Source of the DNA: Clostridia bacterium
Lineage (GTDB): Bacteria; Bacillota; Clostridia; Christensenellales; UBA1242
Assembly (NCBI GenBank): GCA_036654655.1
Contig: JAVVRP010000003.1
Span: 30,284 to 94,283 of the forward strand
Direction: 5' to 3'
DNA length: 64,000 bases
A program made the translations under genes and the position numbers. Shown here in pieces: positions 1-10,100 of the stretch (its first letter is position 1; each line of letters starts with the position of its first letter). The notes under the pieces were generated by a model. The model was not told where the DNA came from and made no database searches. It worked only from the letters and a program-made list of their open reading frames with translations.

Positions 1-2
1 TT

Positions 3-410
3 TTGGATGGCTATTTGTTTAATCAAAATGCAATTTTAAAGTTTGATTACAAAATGTCTTGCTTGTCGCAACTAATGGAAAAAACATCAAAATTTAAAAA
101 TCCACCCAAATATACAATAAGTTTTGGCATTAAAAACAGTAAAAAAATTGAAACCAATATTATTGAACTTGCATATCAAAATGCAGAATTTCAGGCAAAT
201 GCAATTGCAAAATCGTGCGGAAAAAAAATTAAAGAATGTTTAAAAATTAGTTTTGAACCTTTTGAAGATAAATTAATATCCAACACAAATTATTGTCGTG
301 ATGGAATGCAATTTAAGTGCGGACAAACTCAACAAAGCATTGAAAATGTTTTTGTTCCCGAAGATATAGAAATTAATAAAACAATTTTTTGCCAATTTGT
401 TGCACAATAA
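3..410 (+). CDS. SIMPL/DUF541-like protein, C-terminal fragment (5' end outside window)
   Basis: The reading frame is open to the window edge. The C-terminal part shows a SIMPL-like pattern (ELAYQNAEFQANAIAKSCGKKIKECLKISF). The family call is by eye only. Confidence 0.4.
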   Translation: MDGYLFNQNAILKFDYKMSCLSQLMEKTSKFKNPPKYTISFGIKNSKKIETNIIELAYQNAEFQANAIAKSCGKKIKECLKISFEPFEDKLISNTNYCRDGMQFKCGQTQQSIENVFVPEDIEINKTIFCQFVAQ

Positions 411-476
411 TTTAATGATAAAACTGATTAAAATTAATTAAACGGTAAATAATTAGTTAATAAAAAGGAGCGTTTA

Positions 477-1064
477 ATGGATTTTAATAACAGCAAGACA
501 AAAGAAAATTTGGCAAGATGCTTTGTGGCAGAATGTCAAGACGGTGCAAGATATCAGTTCATTGCAAAAAGTGCAAAAAGTCAGGGCTTTACATATGTTG
601 CAGACACCATTAAAATTCTTGCAAAAAATGAAATGGCACATGCAAGCAGAATATACAGCATGATTGTAAAATATGGAGGAAAGTGTTGCAAAAACATTGA
701 TATATGCGCAGGCTATCCTTTTGAAAGTTGTGAAATTCCTTTAAGTTTAAAATGTTCTTGTGACACTGAAATTGCAGAAAGCAAAAAAATATATCCTGTT
801 TTTTCTGGTGTCGCAAAGGAAGAAGGATATTTGGACGTTGCAGAATTATTCACTTTAATTTCTTTAACAGAAAATTGTCATCATTTGATGCTAAAAGAAT
901 TGTACGAAAAATTTACAACAAACATGCTTTACGAAACCACTCAAAAAACTAAGTGGAAATGCTCTAATTGTGGGCACGAACACGTTGACAAAAAGGCGTG
1001 GAAAGAGTGCCCACTTTGCACTTATCCACAGGGTTATGTGCAAATCCCTCTTGCAGACAATTAA
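477..1064 (+). CDS. rbr: Rubrerythrin
   Basis: It has a ferritin-like diiron N-domain (ENLARCFVAECQDGARYQF, NEMAHASRIY) and a C-terminal rubredoxin-type CxxC..CxxC (WKCSNCGHEH...CPLCTYP). An SD AAAGGAG lies upstream. Confidence 0.9.
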   Translation: MDFNNSKTKENLARCFVAECQDGARYQFIAKSAKSQGFTYVADTIKILAKNEMAHASRIYSMIVKYGGKCCKNIDICAGYPFESCEIPLSLKCSCDTEIAESKKIYPVFSGVAKEEGYLDVAELFTLISLTENCHHLMLKELYEKFTTNMLYETTQKTKWKCSNCGHEHVDKKAWKECPLCTYPQGYVQIPLADN

Positions 1065-1088
1065 AGCAAAATGGCAATATTAAAAAAA

Positions 1089-1120
1089 GCAAACAAAAAT
1101 TTTGATTTTGTTTGCTTTTA
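1089..1120. terminator. Bidirectional intrinsic terminator between convergent rbr and deacetylase genes
   Basis: A perfect 10-bp stem GCAAACAAAA/TTTTGTTTGC (1089-1098 / 1106-1115) has a 7-nt loop. It is flanked by an A-run upstream and a T-run downstream. Confidence 0.7.
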
Positions 1121-1123
1121 TGT

Positions 1124-2008
1124 TTATAAAATAGTTTTGTTTGCAAAATTATTAATTTTTTCAACAAATTCATATGTGGAATAACTTCCTTCCCTGTTTA
1201 TTCGTTTTAAAAGTTTTGTGCATTCGGGATTGTTTCTTTTTAAAACGCTGATGCCTTCGTTGCAAGTTAAAGTAATGTTAAATCCCAAATCTGCAAGCAC
1301 TTTTTCACTTAAAGTGGAATATTTTCCAAAAGGATATGCAAAAACATTTGTTTTTACATTGGTTTCTTGCAACTTGCTGTTTAATTTTACAACATCATTT
1401 GTTATGGCCATTATGTAGTCATCGTCATTTTCGTTATAGTTTTGTCCAATGCCAAATCTTGGGTTAAATTTGTGCATATTGTAAGAATGATTGCCAATTT
1501 CAACATATCCACTTTTGTTTATTTCATCTATTTCTGCCCATGTTAAATGTGAATAGTTTGGATTGTCGCAATCTCCCGAAGTACTGCTGTGTTCACTATA
1601 TGCTCCAACAATGTTAAAAACGGCTTTAAAATTATGTTTTTTTAAAATGGGCAATCCATAATACAAGCAATTATAATGGCCATCGTCAAATGTCATGTAA
1701 ATTGGCTTTGATGGCAATGTTCCATGATTGTTAACAAAATTTAATATATCGGCAGAAAGTACACTTTGATAGCCTGCTTTTTTTAATGCAATTATATCAT
1801 TTTCTAATTGATTTGGAGAAACAAAATATCTTCCAGTTTTGGATTTTAAAATACTGTGATACATAACAACAGCAAGTTTTATACTTTCTGGAACTGTTGT
1901 TAATGGTGTTAATTTGTTTATTGCAACAGCATGGTTATTATATGAAAAAATATTTATAAAACAAAATAAAACAATAAACAAACAAAAAAATACGCGTTGC
2001 TTTTTCAT
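1124..2008 (-). CDS. Secreted polysaccharide deacetylase (NodB-homology, CE4)
   Basis: An N-terminal signal peptide (VFFCLFIVLFCFINIF) is followed by NodB motifs MTFDDGHYN and GNHSYNMH. Confidence 0.8.
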   Translation of the reverse strand: MKKQRVFFCLFIVLFCFINIFSYNNHAVAINKLTPLTTVPESIKLAVVMYHSILKSKTGRYFVSPNQLENDIIALKKAGYQSVLSADILNFVNNHGTLPSKPIYMTFDDGHYNCLYYGLPILKKHNFKAVFNIVGAYSEHSSTSGDCDNPNYSHLTWAEIDEINKSGYVEIGNHSYNMHKFNPRFGIGQNYNENDDDYIMAITNDVVKLNSKLQETNVKTNVFAYPFGKYSTLSEKVLADLGFNITLTCNEGISVLKRNNPECTKLLKRINREGSYSTYEFVEKINNFANKTIL

Positions 2009-2051
2009 AAAACTAGAATGTGCAAGTTTTTATAAAATATAAAAGTTTTTT

Positions 2052-3473
2052 TTATGGGTTAATCTTTTCTTGCTTTCTTTCTGCACAAAGTTGTTCTTTA
2101 AGAAGTTCGGACCGTGTAAGTTTATACTTTGAAAACACAAATTTTGCCAAGGCAATAGAAAGGGCGCATCCAACAAAAACAATAACGCCAAGCCAGTTTT
2201 GAACTTTTTGCGGTTGAACTGGTTCGGCGGAATTAAACTTAATTATATCAAGCAAAACGCCAATAACAAGAAGTGCTATGGAATTTGCAATGTTAAAAGC
2301 AAGTGTCATAAATCCACTGTAAGTTGCCGAGTGATTCTCACCTGTTTTTAATTTATCCAAAGTTATGCAGTCTGCAAACATTGATATGGGGATGGAATAC
2401 AGCGCTCCCGTTCCAAATCCGCATAAAAAAATGCAGGGCAAAACTGCCCAAAATAAAACAGTGTTTGATAATAAATCTCTAAAAATAAAAAGTGTTGCAG
2501 TTAATGCAATTCCAATTAAAGTTATTACAAAAGATTTTGAAAGCGCATTGTTTTTACTTGTGCGTTTTGACAAATAAATCCAAAATGCCTGAGAAATAAT
2601 TGCGCCAATAAATAAAGAACTCATTAAAAACGAAATTTGCGTGCCACTAAAATGAAATGAATAAGTAAATAAATGTAGCCCAACAGATGTTAAAAAAGCA
2701 GAAGAAATTAATGAAATTGAATAACCTATTATAATAGGACCAAAATTATCATTTTTTAAGGTTTGAAAAAAATTTACAAAAATTTTAAAAAACACATTTT
2801 TTTCTTTTGTAACAATAATTTTTGTTTCAACCTTGTGAGCATTTTTAAATGTTCCCAAAATACATGCTGTTCCACAAATTAAACATAAAATAGTTGTTAT
2901 ATAACTAATTTTAATATATCCACCTTGTAAAAACTGGGATTGTGTTATTTCATTTGTTGATGGCATAAAAATCATCATTAGCAGACTTGGCATAATCATT
3001 CCAACAATAAAAAAAACTGTTTTAAAGCCCTGTAAACTAGACTGCTCATTGTAATCAGGTGCCAAATCTATGCCAAGAGCAGTGTATGGTGTTGCAAAAA
3101 ATGTTGCAAAAGTTTCTATGCACAGCAATGAAATTAACATCCAAATAAATTTTGCAAACATTGAAATATTTACAGGAATTATCCAAAGCAAAACATTAAA
3201 AACTGCAAGCCCAAGTGTGGCAATGGTCATATATCCTAATCGTTTGCCAAAAGTTTTGCTTTTTGTGTGATCAGAAAGATATCCAACAATGGGGTCGGAT
3301 ATTCCATCCCAAAAAGTTGATAGGGCAACTGCAAGCCCAACAAGAGTGCCTGAAATTCCAAGAACGCTTGTGCCAAAAAACATTACAAAATTATTAACGG
3401 TTTGTGCAATAGTGCCATATCCAAGGTTGCCAATAGCATAAAAAAACTTGGTCTTTTGTGGAAGCCTTTTCAT
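2052..3473 (-). CDS. MFS transporter, glycoside-pentoside-hexuronide (GPH) cation symporter family
   Basis: The 473-aa product is polytopic. The N-terminus FYAIGNLGYG...FWDGISDPIVGYLSD is typical of GPH/MelB-like symporters. Confidence 0.8.
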   Translation of the reverse strand: MKRLPQKTKFFYAIGNLGYGTIAQTVNNFVMFFGTSVLGISGTLVGLAVALSTFWDGISDPIVGYLSDHTKSKTFGKRLGYMTIATLGLAVFNVLLWIIPVNISMFAKFIWMLISLLCIETFATFFATPYTALGIDLAPDYNEQSSLQGFKTVFFIVGMIMPSLLMMIFMPSTNEITQSQFLQGGYIKISYITTILCLICGTACILGTFKNAHKVETKIIVTKEKNVFFKIFVNFFQTLKNDNFGPIIIGYSISLISSAFLTSVGLHLFTYSFHFSGTQISFLMSSLFIGAIISQAFWIYLSKRTSKNNALSKSFVITLIGIALTATLFIFRDLLSNTVLFWAVLPCIFLCGFGTGALYSIPISMFADCITLDKLKTGENHSATYSGFMTLAFNIANSIALLVIGVLLDIIKFNSAEPVQPQKVQNWLGVIVFVGCALSIALAKFVFSKYKLTRSELLKEQLCAERKQEKINP

Positions 3474-3520
3474 AAAGATATTATGTGTGAAAATTTACTA
3501 ATTTATAACTATTTTAAAAT

Positions 3521-3967
3521 TTAATTTTGTTTTTCAACAACAAGTGTAAATTTTGCGGAAACGTCGGGCAAAAGTTTTGCAGTAAGTTGATAATTTCCAA
3601 CGGCTTTAATGGGCTCGTTCAAAACAATTTTACGTTTGTCTATGTCAATGTTTTTAAGCAAAAGCGTTTCTGCAATTTCTTTTGTGGTTATTGCACCAAA
3701 AAGTTTGCCTTTTTCACCACATTTTGTTTTAAGAATAATTTCTGTGTTTTCAAGTTTTTTTGCCATGTTAATGCAATCTTGTTTGTGAACCGAATCATGA
3801 AAAAGTTCCGCATCTTTTTTTGTGTTAAAAGCATTTAAACTGGTGTTGTCCGCAAGTTTTGCAAATTTTTTTGCAATTAAAAAGTTTTTTGCATATCCGT
3901 CTGCAACTTCAACAATTTGGCCCTTTTTTCCACTGCCTTTAACGTCAGCCAGCAAAATAACCTTCAT
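3521..3967 (-). CDS. rplI: 50S ribosomal protein L9
   Basis: The product begins MKVILLADVKGSGKKGQIVEVADGYAKNFL and is 148 aa. A strong SD GGGAGGA lies upstream on the minus strand. Confidence 0.95.
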   Translation of the reverse strand: MKVILLADVKGSGKKGQIVEVADGYAKNFLIAKKFAKLADNTSLNAFNTKKDAELFHDSVHKQDCINMAKKLENTEIILKTKCGEKGKLFGAITTKEIAETLLLKNIDIDKRKIVLNEPIKAVGNYQLTAKLLPDVSAKFTLVVEKQN

Positions 3968-4087
3968 ATAATTATCCTCCCATAAATATTTTATATATTT
4001 TACATTAAAATATTACAATAAGTCAATCAAATATGTTGACGTGTTATTTGTAAATAATATATAATGTAATAAAGATAAGGAGAAATT

Positions 4088-4870
4088 ATGGGTTCATCAC
4101 TTTTGGCAAATAATGGGCTGAACACACTTGTGTCGGTTGCACTTATTATTGTTGGAATTCTTATTATTGTCGCATCACTTTGGGCAGGCATAGCAAGAAT
4201 AAAAATTTTTACAAGTTACAACAAATTTAACAAGATAGAAAATCAAAGTGGGCTTACGGGAGAAACTGCTGCTCTTTTGCTTTTGGACAGAGCAGGGTTA
4301 ACAGATGTTAAAGTTAAGCCACTTGGATTTTTTAGAATGCTTATGTATGGAAACAGTTATAGTTTGGGCAAAAAAACAATTTATTTAAGAAAAAATATAT
4401 TTAATAAAACAAGTATCACGGCTGTTGGACTTGCTGTTCAAAAAGTTGGGCTTGCAATTATGCACCAACAAAAAGATAAAAAACTTAAAGCGCGTTCTAT
4501 TGTTCAACCTCTTATAGTTTTTGCACCAGTTATGTTTATTCCAATTTCCATTATGGGCTTTTTAATTGATTTGTTTTTATTTAACATGAACGGAATTTCA
4601 TCACTAATTGGTGTTGCAATTGCAAGCGTGCTTTATATTGCTGCTTTTGTGTTTGTTATTCTTAACATTCCAGTAGAAAAAAAGGCAAACACAATTGCAA
4701 TGGACATCATGACACAAACAAACTTTTTAACGCAAGAAGAGCGCTCTGATATTTCAGTTGTTTTTAAAGCATATATTTCGGCATATGTTGCAGATTTTGT
4801 GATTTCAATTTTGTATATAATTCAATTTATTTTAAAAGGAATTGCAAAATTATTAAATGCAAGTAAATAA
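4088..4870 (+). CDS. YugP-like membrane protein (Zn_peptidase_2 family) with the HExxH motif replaced
   Basis: A family-typical segment SGLTGETAALLLLDRAGLTDVKV is present, as are C-terminal TM helices with IPVEKKAN. The expected AAHEVGHA position reads AVQKVGLA (nt 4439-4453). Confidence 0.7.
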   Translation: MGSSLLANNGLNTLVSVALIIVGILIIVASLWAGIARIKIFTSYNKFNKIENQSGLTGETAALLLLDRAGLTDVKVKPLGFFRMLMYGNSYSLGKKTIYLRKNIFNKTSITAVGLAVQKVGLAIMHQQKDKKLKARSIVQPLIVFAPVMFIPISIMGFLIDLFLFNMNGISSLIGVAIASVLYIAAFVFVILNIPVEKKANTIAMDIMTQTNFLTQEERSDISVVFKAYISAYVADFVISILYIIQFILKGIAKLLNASK

Positions 4871-4888
4871 CAAATATAAGGGGAATTT

Positions 4889-5599
4889 ATGGAACAAAAA
4901 CAAAAAGATAATCAAATTATCTTAAAGCCTAACTTGTTAATTAATGAAAAAAATATTCCTGTAAAAAAACAAAAAACAAAAGGGTTAACATTAACAGCAG
5001 GAATTTTGGACGTTATTATGAGTTTGCCAATTTATGCTGTTGCCATTATTGCATTTATTGCTGGTGTTTCACAAACGGACCCTTTAATAATTTTGGCATC
5101 GCTTGGCTTAATGATTTTGGTGTGGGTGTTTATTGCACTATTAATGTTGGGCGTTGCAATTGGTTACACAATTGTTGGAATCAAAACAATTGGACTTGCG
5201 GGCAAAAAAGAATATGAATATGGTGAAAGCAAAACATTTTTAGTTTTTTCAATGATAATAGATTGGGTTGTTATTGGCATTTGTGTTGGTATTGCATTTT
5301 TATTTAAAGATGTGCTAGCAATTATTGCATGTGCGGTTTTAATTGTTCCATTAACAGCATTTGTTTTTAAACTAATAGATATTGCAAGATGGAACTTAAA
5401 AGTAAAAAAAGGATTAATTTCTGGCGAGCGAGAAAAACCCAAATTTTCTAACGAGTTTATCAATTTTGGGAACCCACAATTTCAAAACAGTTTGCAAAAA
5501 AAACTTGAAAGTATTAAAAAAATGAAAGATGATAAATTAATTTCCGAACAAGAATATGAAAGCCTAAGAAAAATTGAACTAAGTAAACATATAAAATAA
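4889..5599 (+). CDS. Polytopic membrane protein with C-terminal SHOCT-like motif
   Basis: There are about four hydrophobic helices. The C-terminal KKMKDDKLISEQEYESLRKIEL resembles the SHOCT short C-terminal domain. An SD AAGGGGA is present. Confidence 0.5.
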   Translation: MEQKQKDNQIILKPNLLINEKNIPVKKQKTKGLTLTAGILDVIMSLPIYAVAIIAFIAGVSQTDPLIILASLGLMILVWVFIALLMLGVAIGYTIVGIKTIGLAGKKEYEYGESKTFLVFSMIIDWVVIGICVGIAFLFKDVLAIIACAVLIVPLTAFVFKLIDIARWNLKVKKGLISGEREKPKFSNEFINFGNPQFQNSLQKKLESIKKMKDDKLISEQEYESLRKIELSKHIK

Positions 5600-5607
5600 T
5601 TTCAAAA

Positions 5608-5635
5608 GCACGCCAGATGGTGTGTTTTTTATTTT
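5608..5635 (+). terminator. Intrinsic terminator after the SHOCT membrane-protein gene
   Basis: Stem GCACGCC / GGTGTGT (two G-U pairs) has loop AGAT and is followed by TTTTTTATTTT. Confidence 0.6.
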
Positions 5636-5796
5636 AATAAATCACAAATTTATTTTTTTAAACATATTTTATTTAAGTGGACCAAATAAAATAAATTAAA
5701 TAAGTTTTTAACAAAAACAATAAAAACGTTTGATTTAGGTTTGTGATTTGTGATATTATATACTTACAAAAGTAAATAAAATATTAGAAGGGCAAA

Positions 5797-6069
5797 ATGA
5801 AACTTTTTGTTTATCCAGCAGTTTTTTTTAAAGAAAACGGAACAACAGTGATATTTCCAGATTTGGACATTTTTACGGAAGGGGACTCTGTTGAAGAGGC
5901 ATTTTTGTTTGCAAAAGATTATTTAAGACAGTTTTTGGAAACAAGCCAAAAATATGAACTTGGATACAATTTGCCATCAAAATATGAAACTGTGCAAGAA
6001 AAATATAAACCAGCGCAAGTTATGCTGATTGATGCTGCAATAAGTGAAAACAAAAAAGGGAAAGTTTAA
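5797..6069 (+). CDS. HicB-like antitoxin-fold protein (N-domain only, no DNA-binding domain)
   Basis: MKLFVYPAVFFKENGTTVIFPDLDIFTEGDSVEEAFLFAKDYLRQFLE matches the HicB/UPF0150 N-terminal pattern (Y-P-A-x-F...FPD-L-x-x-x-x-G-D-x-x-E-E-A). No hicA was seen nearby. Confidence 0.6.
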   Translation: MKLFVYPAVFFKENGTTVIFPDLDIFTEGDSVEEAFLFAKDYLRQFLETSQKYELGYNLPSKYETVQEKYKPAQVMLIDAAISENKKGKV

Positions 6070-6070
6070 A

Positions 6071-6493
6071 ATGAAAAAAATTTCGCCAATTCTTTTAACT
6101 ATTTTTGCAGGAATGATTGTTATTTTAACTTTTTTACCTGCATGGCAAGTTGGCGGTGTTTCAACAACCTTTTTTCAACTTTTAAAAAATATTTTTGCAA
6201 ATGGTTTTACAAATCAAGATGCAAATTTATTTCTTGCTCAAATTGCAGTTATTGGAATATATGGTTCTGCAATACTTTCAGTTTTATTTGCAATTATAAT
6301 TGGTATTTCAAAAAAACCAGCGCTTGACATTATTGTTTATTTGCTTGCAACATTTTTTTGTATTGCGTTTGTGGTTGCCTTTTATTTAATTAACAAACAA
6401 CTTCCTGAAATGCCAAAAACATTTATATGGATTCCTCTTGTGCTCAGTGCTTTTTTGTGTGTGTTTAGAATGGCAACCGCAAAAAAAAAATAA
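6071..6493 (+). CDS. Small 4-TM membrane protein, unknown function
   Basis: I prefer ATG 6071 (MKKISPILL). It lies 1 nt after the hicB-like stop, with AAGGGAAAG as an SD. The track ORF starts at 6044 inside the upstream gene. Confidence 0.5.
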   Translation: MKKISPILLTIFAGMIVILTFLPAWQVGGVSTTFFQLLKNIFANGFTNQDANLFLAQIAVIGIYGSAILSVLFAIIIGISKKPALDIIVYLLATFFCIAFVVAFYLINKQLPEMPKTFIWIPLVLSAFLCVFRMATAKKK

Positions 6494-6500
6494 AACAAAA

Positions 6501-6992
6501 TTAATTTTGTGGTTGTTCGCAGTACACGCGTTTTAAATTTTGTAAAGATTTTCTGTGCAAAATTTCATCCGACAAAATTTGGAACAAAACTTGTTTAACT
6601 TGAATATCGTCAATTTTTGCTATTGCAGTTCTTGTGTCAATTATTATTTTTTCTTTAAGTTCTAAATTTAAAGAAATTATTTGTTTTGTATCCTTAATAT
6701 AATCCAAACTTCTTCCGCTTAGCCATTTTCCTTGATTGTTAATTAAAATTGGATCACCACCAAGCCTAATAATCAAGTCGCTTAACATTGAAGCATGCAA
6801 AAAATCAGTTTTTGAAATTTGTTCCAAAATGGAAGAAAGATTTTTGTTAAAAGGTGAAAGTATATTAGCGGAGTAAAAAAATTGCATTGTGGTGCAAAGT
6901 TCGCCTTCTGTTCCTGCATACAAGTTTTGAATTAAACCGCAATAATAAGCATTTGGTTTTAGCCTAGAAATTGTTTTTTTGTCACTCTCCAC
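6501..6992 (-). CDS. Ferritin-like / Mn-catalase(CotJC)-like diiron-fold protein
   Basis: The pattern YAGTEGELCTTMQFFY ... DFLHASMLSDLIIRLGGDP ... SDEILH resembles ferritin-like four-helix-bundle ligand motifs. Confidence 0.55.
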   Translation of the reverse strand: MESDKKTISRLKPNAYYCGLIQNLYAGTEGELCTTMQFFYSANILSPFNKNLSSILEQISKTDFLHASMLSDLIIRLGGDPILINNQGKWLSGRSLDYIKDTKQIISLNLELKEKIIIDTRTAIAKIDDIQVKQVLFQILSDEILHRKSLQNLKRVYCEQPQN

Positions 6993-7120
6993 AGTTTTTT
7001 ATATGTTGTAACTTGCAAATGTGTGAATTTTGTAAAAACGTGCAAAATAACAAAATTATAAAGCATATTTTTTGTTTTTTTTCAAACAATAAAATTAAAT
7101 TTATAATTGCAAAATTTTGT

Positions 7121-7150
7121 TTGATAAATTTACCCCAAAAATGGTAAAAT
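7121..7150 (+). promoter_or_regulatory. Sigma-70-type promoter of the giant surface-protein gene
   Basis: TTGATA (7121-7126), an 18-nt spacer, then TGgTAAAAT (extended -10, hexamer 7145-7150). This lies about 27 nt upstream of ATG 7177. Confidence 0.5.
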
Positions 7151-7176
7151 AAGACATAATAATATTCGAGGTGCAG

Positions 7177-10100
7177 ATGAAAAAAATAAAGATGCTTTTG
7201 GCTGTTGTGTTAATGGCGTTTATGCCAATTTCACTTTATGCTTGCGTTCAAAATAGAGATGTTAATTTTAACACAGTGCAATTAACCATTTCCACGGGTG
7301 AATTTGTTGATCTTGCTCCTTATGTTGAAAATGGAATTGAAAACATTGTTTTTAAATCTATGAATCAAAACATTGTTTTTATTACCCCACAAAATCAACT
7401 TGCGGGAAGAAATGAAGGAAGCACCTTTGTTGAGGCAAGATGTGGCGAGAACAAAGCATTTTTAACCGTTGTTGTGGAGTCGCCAAAAGTTAAATTTTTA
7501 AAACCAAGCATGCCAAAGTTTGATGCAGAAACAAACAAAATTACATGGCCCGAAGTTTTTGCAAAGGCAGAACAAGAAATTCAAATTGCAAATTCTTATG
7601 AAGTAAGTTTGATAACCGCAAAAGACACGTCAATTCAAACAGTTTTAACAAACTTTTATGTAATAGAAGGCTCAGGAGCATTTTCGGTTAAAGTTAGAGC
7701 CATTGGTGCTGGAAAGTATTTAACATCCGAGTGGAGTGATACTTTTAATTTTTCAAAATCAAAAGCGCCAACTTTGCTTGCGTATAACGATGATACAAGC
7801 ACTCTTTCTTGGAATGGAGAAATTGGCGAAAATGGAAAATATGTTGTTGAAGTAAATAACATTAAAACAGAAACAAAACAAAATTTTGTTGTTTTAAATT
7901 TAAACGAACCAATTTTATACAATATCACGGTGGTTGCATATCATTCTGCGGAACAAAATGTTAAACCTGCAAAAAGCGAAATATTAACGCTGAAAAGGTT
8001 AACAGCCCCAAAATTAAAAATTGAAAATGGCGCTATTGTTTGGGATAACAATCAAATTGGCACAAGTGGATTTAAATTATTTTTTACAAAAGACACCATA
8101 ACAACAGAAGTAAATTTTGATGCAAGTGTTAATTCCACAAACATGAAAGGCTTTGCTCCGGGGCAATATACTGCCCAAATAACAAGTTCCGGAAGCATTG
8201 GATATCTTGCAAGCAAAAACATTTCAAGATTAGAAGGAATAGAAAAACTTGCAAAGCCTGTTCTTACTTATGATGGAAATATTCAAACGGGAATGCAAAT
8301 AAAGGTTGTGTTAACAATAAAAAATGCAAACGGATCTGTTAATATTGTTTCCACATCAACAGGCACATATCAGTGGGTGGAACATATGGCAGGAACATAT
8401 GAAATTGTTGGTGAGTCTGTTGGTGACGGAACAAAAATAAGTTCTGACCCCTCAGAAAAAATTACAATCATACAATTATACAAGCCTTCTGGCATAACAC
8501 ACACACACAATGAAAATGGAGAATCTGTTATTTCATATTCTCAAATTCAGCATGCAAGTGTGTATGAAATAAAATGTTTAACAGAAACATGGACAAGCCC
8601 GCAAATTTCACAAAACTTGGGCAGTACAAATGTTGTTTTTAAAGAAGCAAAGGTTTATGAAATTTTTGTTACTGCAAAAGGTGTTTCGGCAGGTTCAACG
8701 TACATTTTGCCAGCAACAGAACGAATAGTAATAAGAAGGCTGGCAAATATTGAAAATTTGAATTTAACGGCAAGCGGAGTTGCAAGTTGGACTGCAAATT
8801 CTTATTCTGCGGATGGATATTTAATTGAACTTTACAAAGATGGCGGATTTGTTAGTTCGCAAACTGTGTTTTCAGCATCAAACTCATTTAACTTTGAATA
8901 TGGAGCATATGAAATTAAAGTTAAGGCAAAAGGAAACAATTCCAACTTAATTGAAAGTTTGGACTTTGTTTCCACAAACGTGGAAGTTTTTCAAAAACTT
9001 GAAAGCCCATCAATTAATTTTGACAGAAACACACAAATTTTAACAATAAACCCTTCGCAACTTGCAACATCATTCAGTTTTGTTGCAAAAATGAGCGGAG
9101 TAAGTGTTTATACCCAAGAAATAACGGCAATACCAACTGCATTTAGCGTTCCGCTTTCTGCATATTTGCAAATTCAGGGATCTTATCAATTAGAAATAAT
9201 TGCAAAAAATTCCAATAGATTTCTTTTAAATTCAAACGAAGTTGTTGTTAAAGTTGTAAAACTTAATGCACCAACTTCTGTAACAATAACGCAAGACGAA
9301 AGATTAGAAGTTGCAACATATGTTAATGAAGGACTTAATGATGCAACACCTGTTATAACAACAATTAACAATATTGAATCTTCAACGCTTGCACAAAGCG
9401 ATTCGATTTTTGAAATAAAAGTATTTCATAAGGCAAAAACCACAAAGCATAATGATGTTTATTATTTGGATAGCAAAATAAGCACGTTCAGTTTGTCACG
9501 CGTGCAAACCCCAGAATCTCCCACATTTTCCAATCAAACTTTTAAATGGCAAGAAGCACAATCAAATTTTGTTAATTTAATAACCGTATCCCAAAACTTA
9601 TATTCAAAAACATTTGAAATTGTTGGAAGCACTCAGCAAGCAGAAGAATTTCTTTTAAATTTGGACGGAATTAACAAATATGAACAGTTCAGCGTTATAA
9701 TTAAGCACAAAATAAAAACATTAACTGTTAACGCAGGGCAAAGCGGAGTTGTTTCTTCGTTAAGTTCTAGCCCTCTTTCAACGGTTGCAAAACTATATTT
9801 GCCAGGCAATGTAATTGTTGTGGAAAATGGTTTACGCGGAAAAATAACTTGGAATGCGGTTCAGTTTGCAACCAGTTACAACGTTTTTATTTACAGAATT
9901 GATGGCGGAATGCCAGTGCTAATAAAAAATTCGGCAAGTCAAACAATAACAGACAACACAACAGAAACATTTTATGAATATGATTTTGCGGACATTGCAA
10001 CGTTTAAGGTGCAAATTTGTGCAATCAGCCAAGTTTTGATATATTCGGATAAAACAAGCGAAATAAATGTTACAAGATTGGATTCTCCAAAAACAGTTGA

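Noticed and set aside
411-476. A possible PerR/Fur-type operator upstream of rubrerythrin (AT-rich TAAATAATTAGTTAAT).
   Set aside because: It is not a convincing 7-1-7 inverted repeat. In DNA this AT-rich such near-matches are expected by chance.
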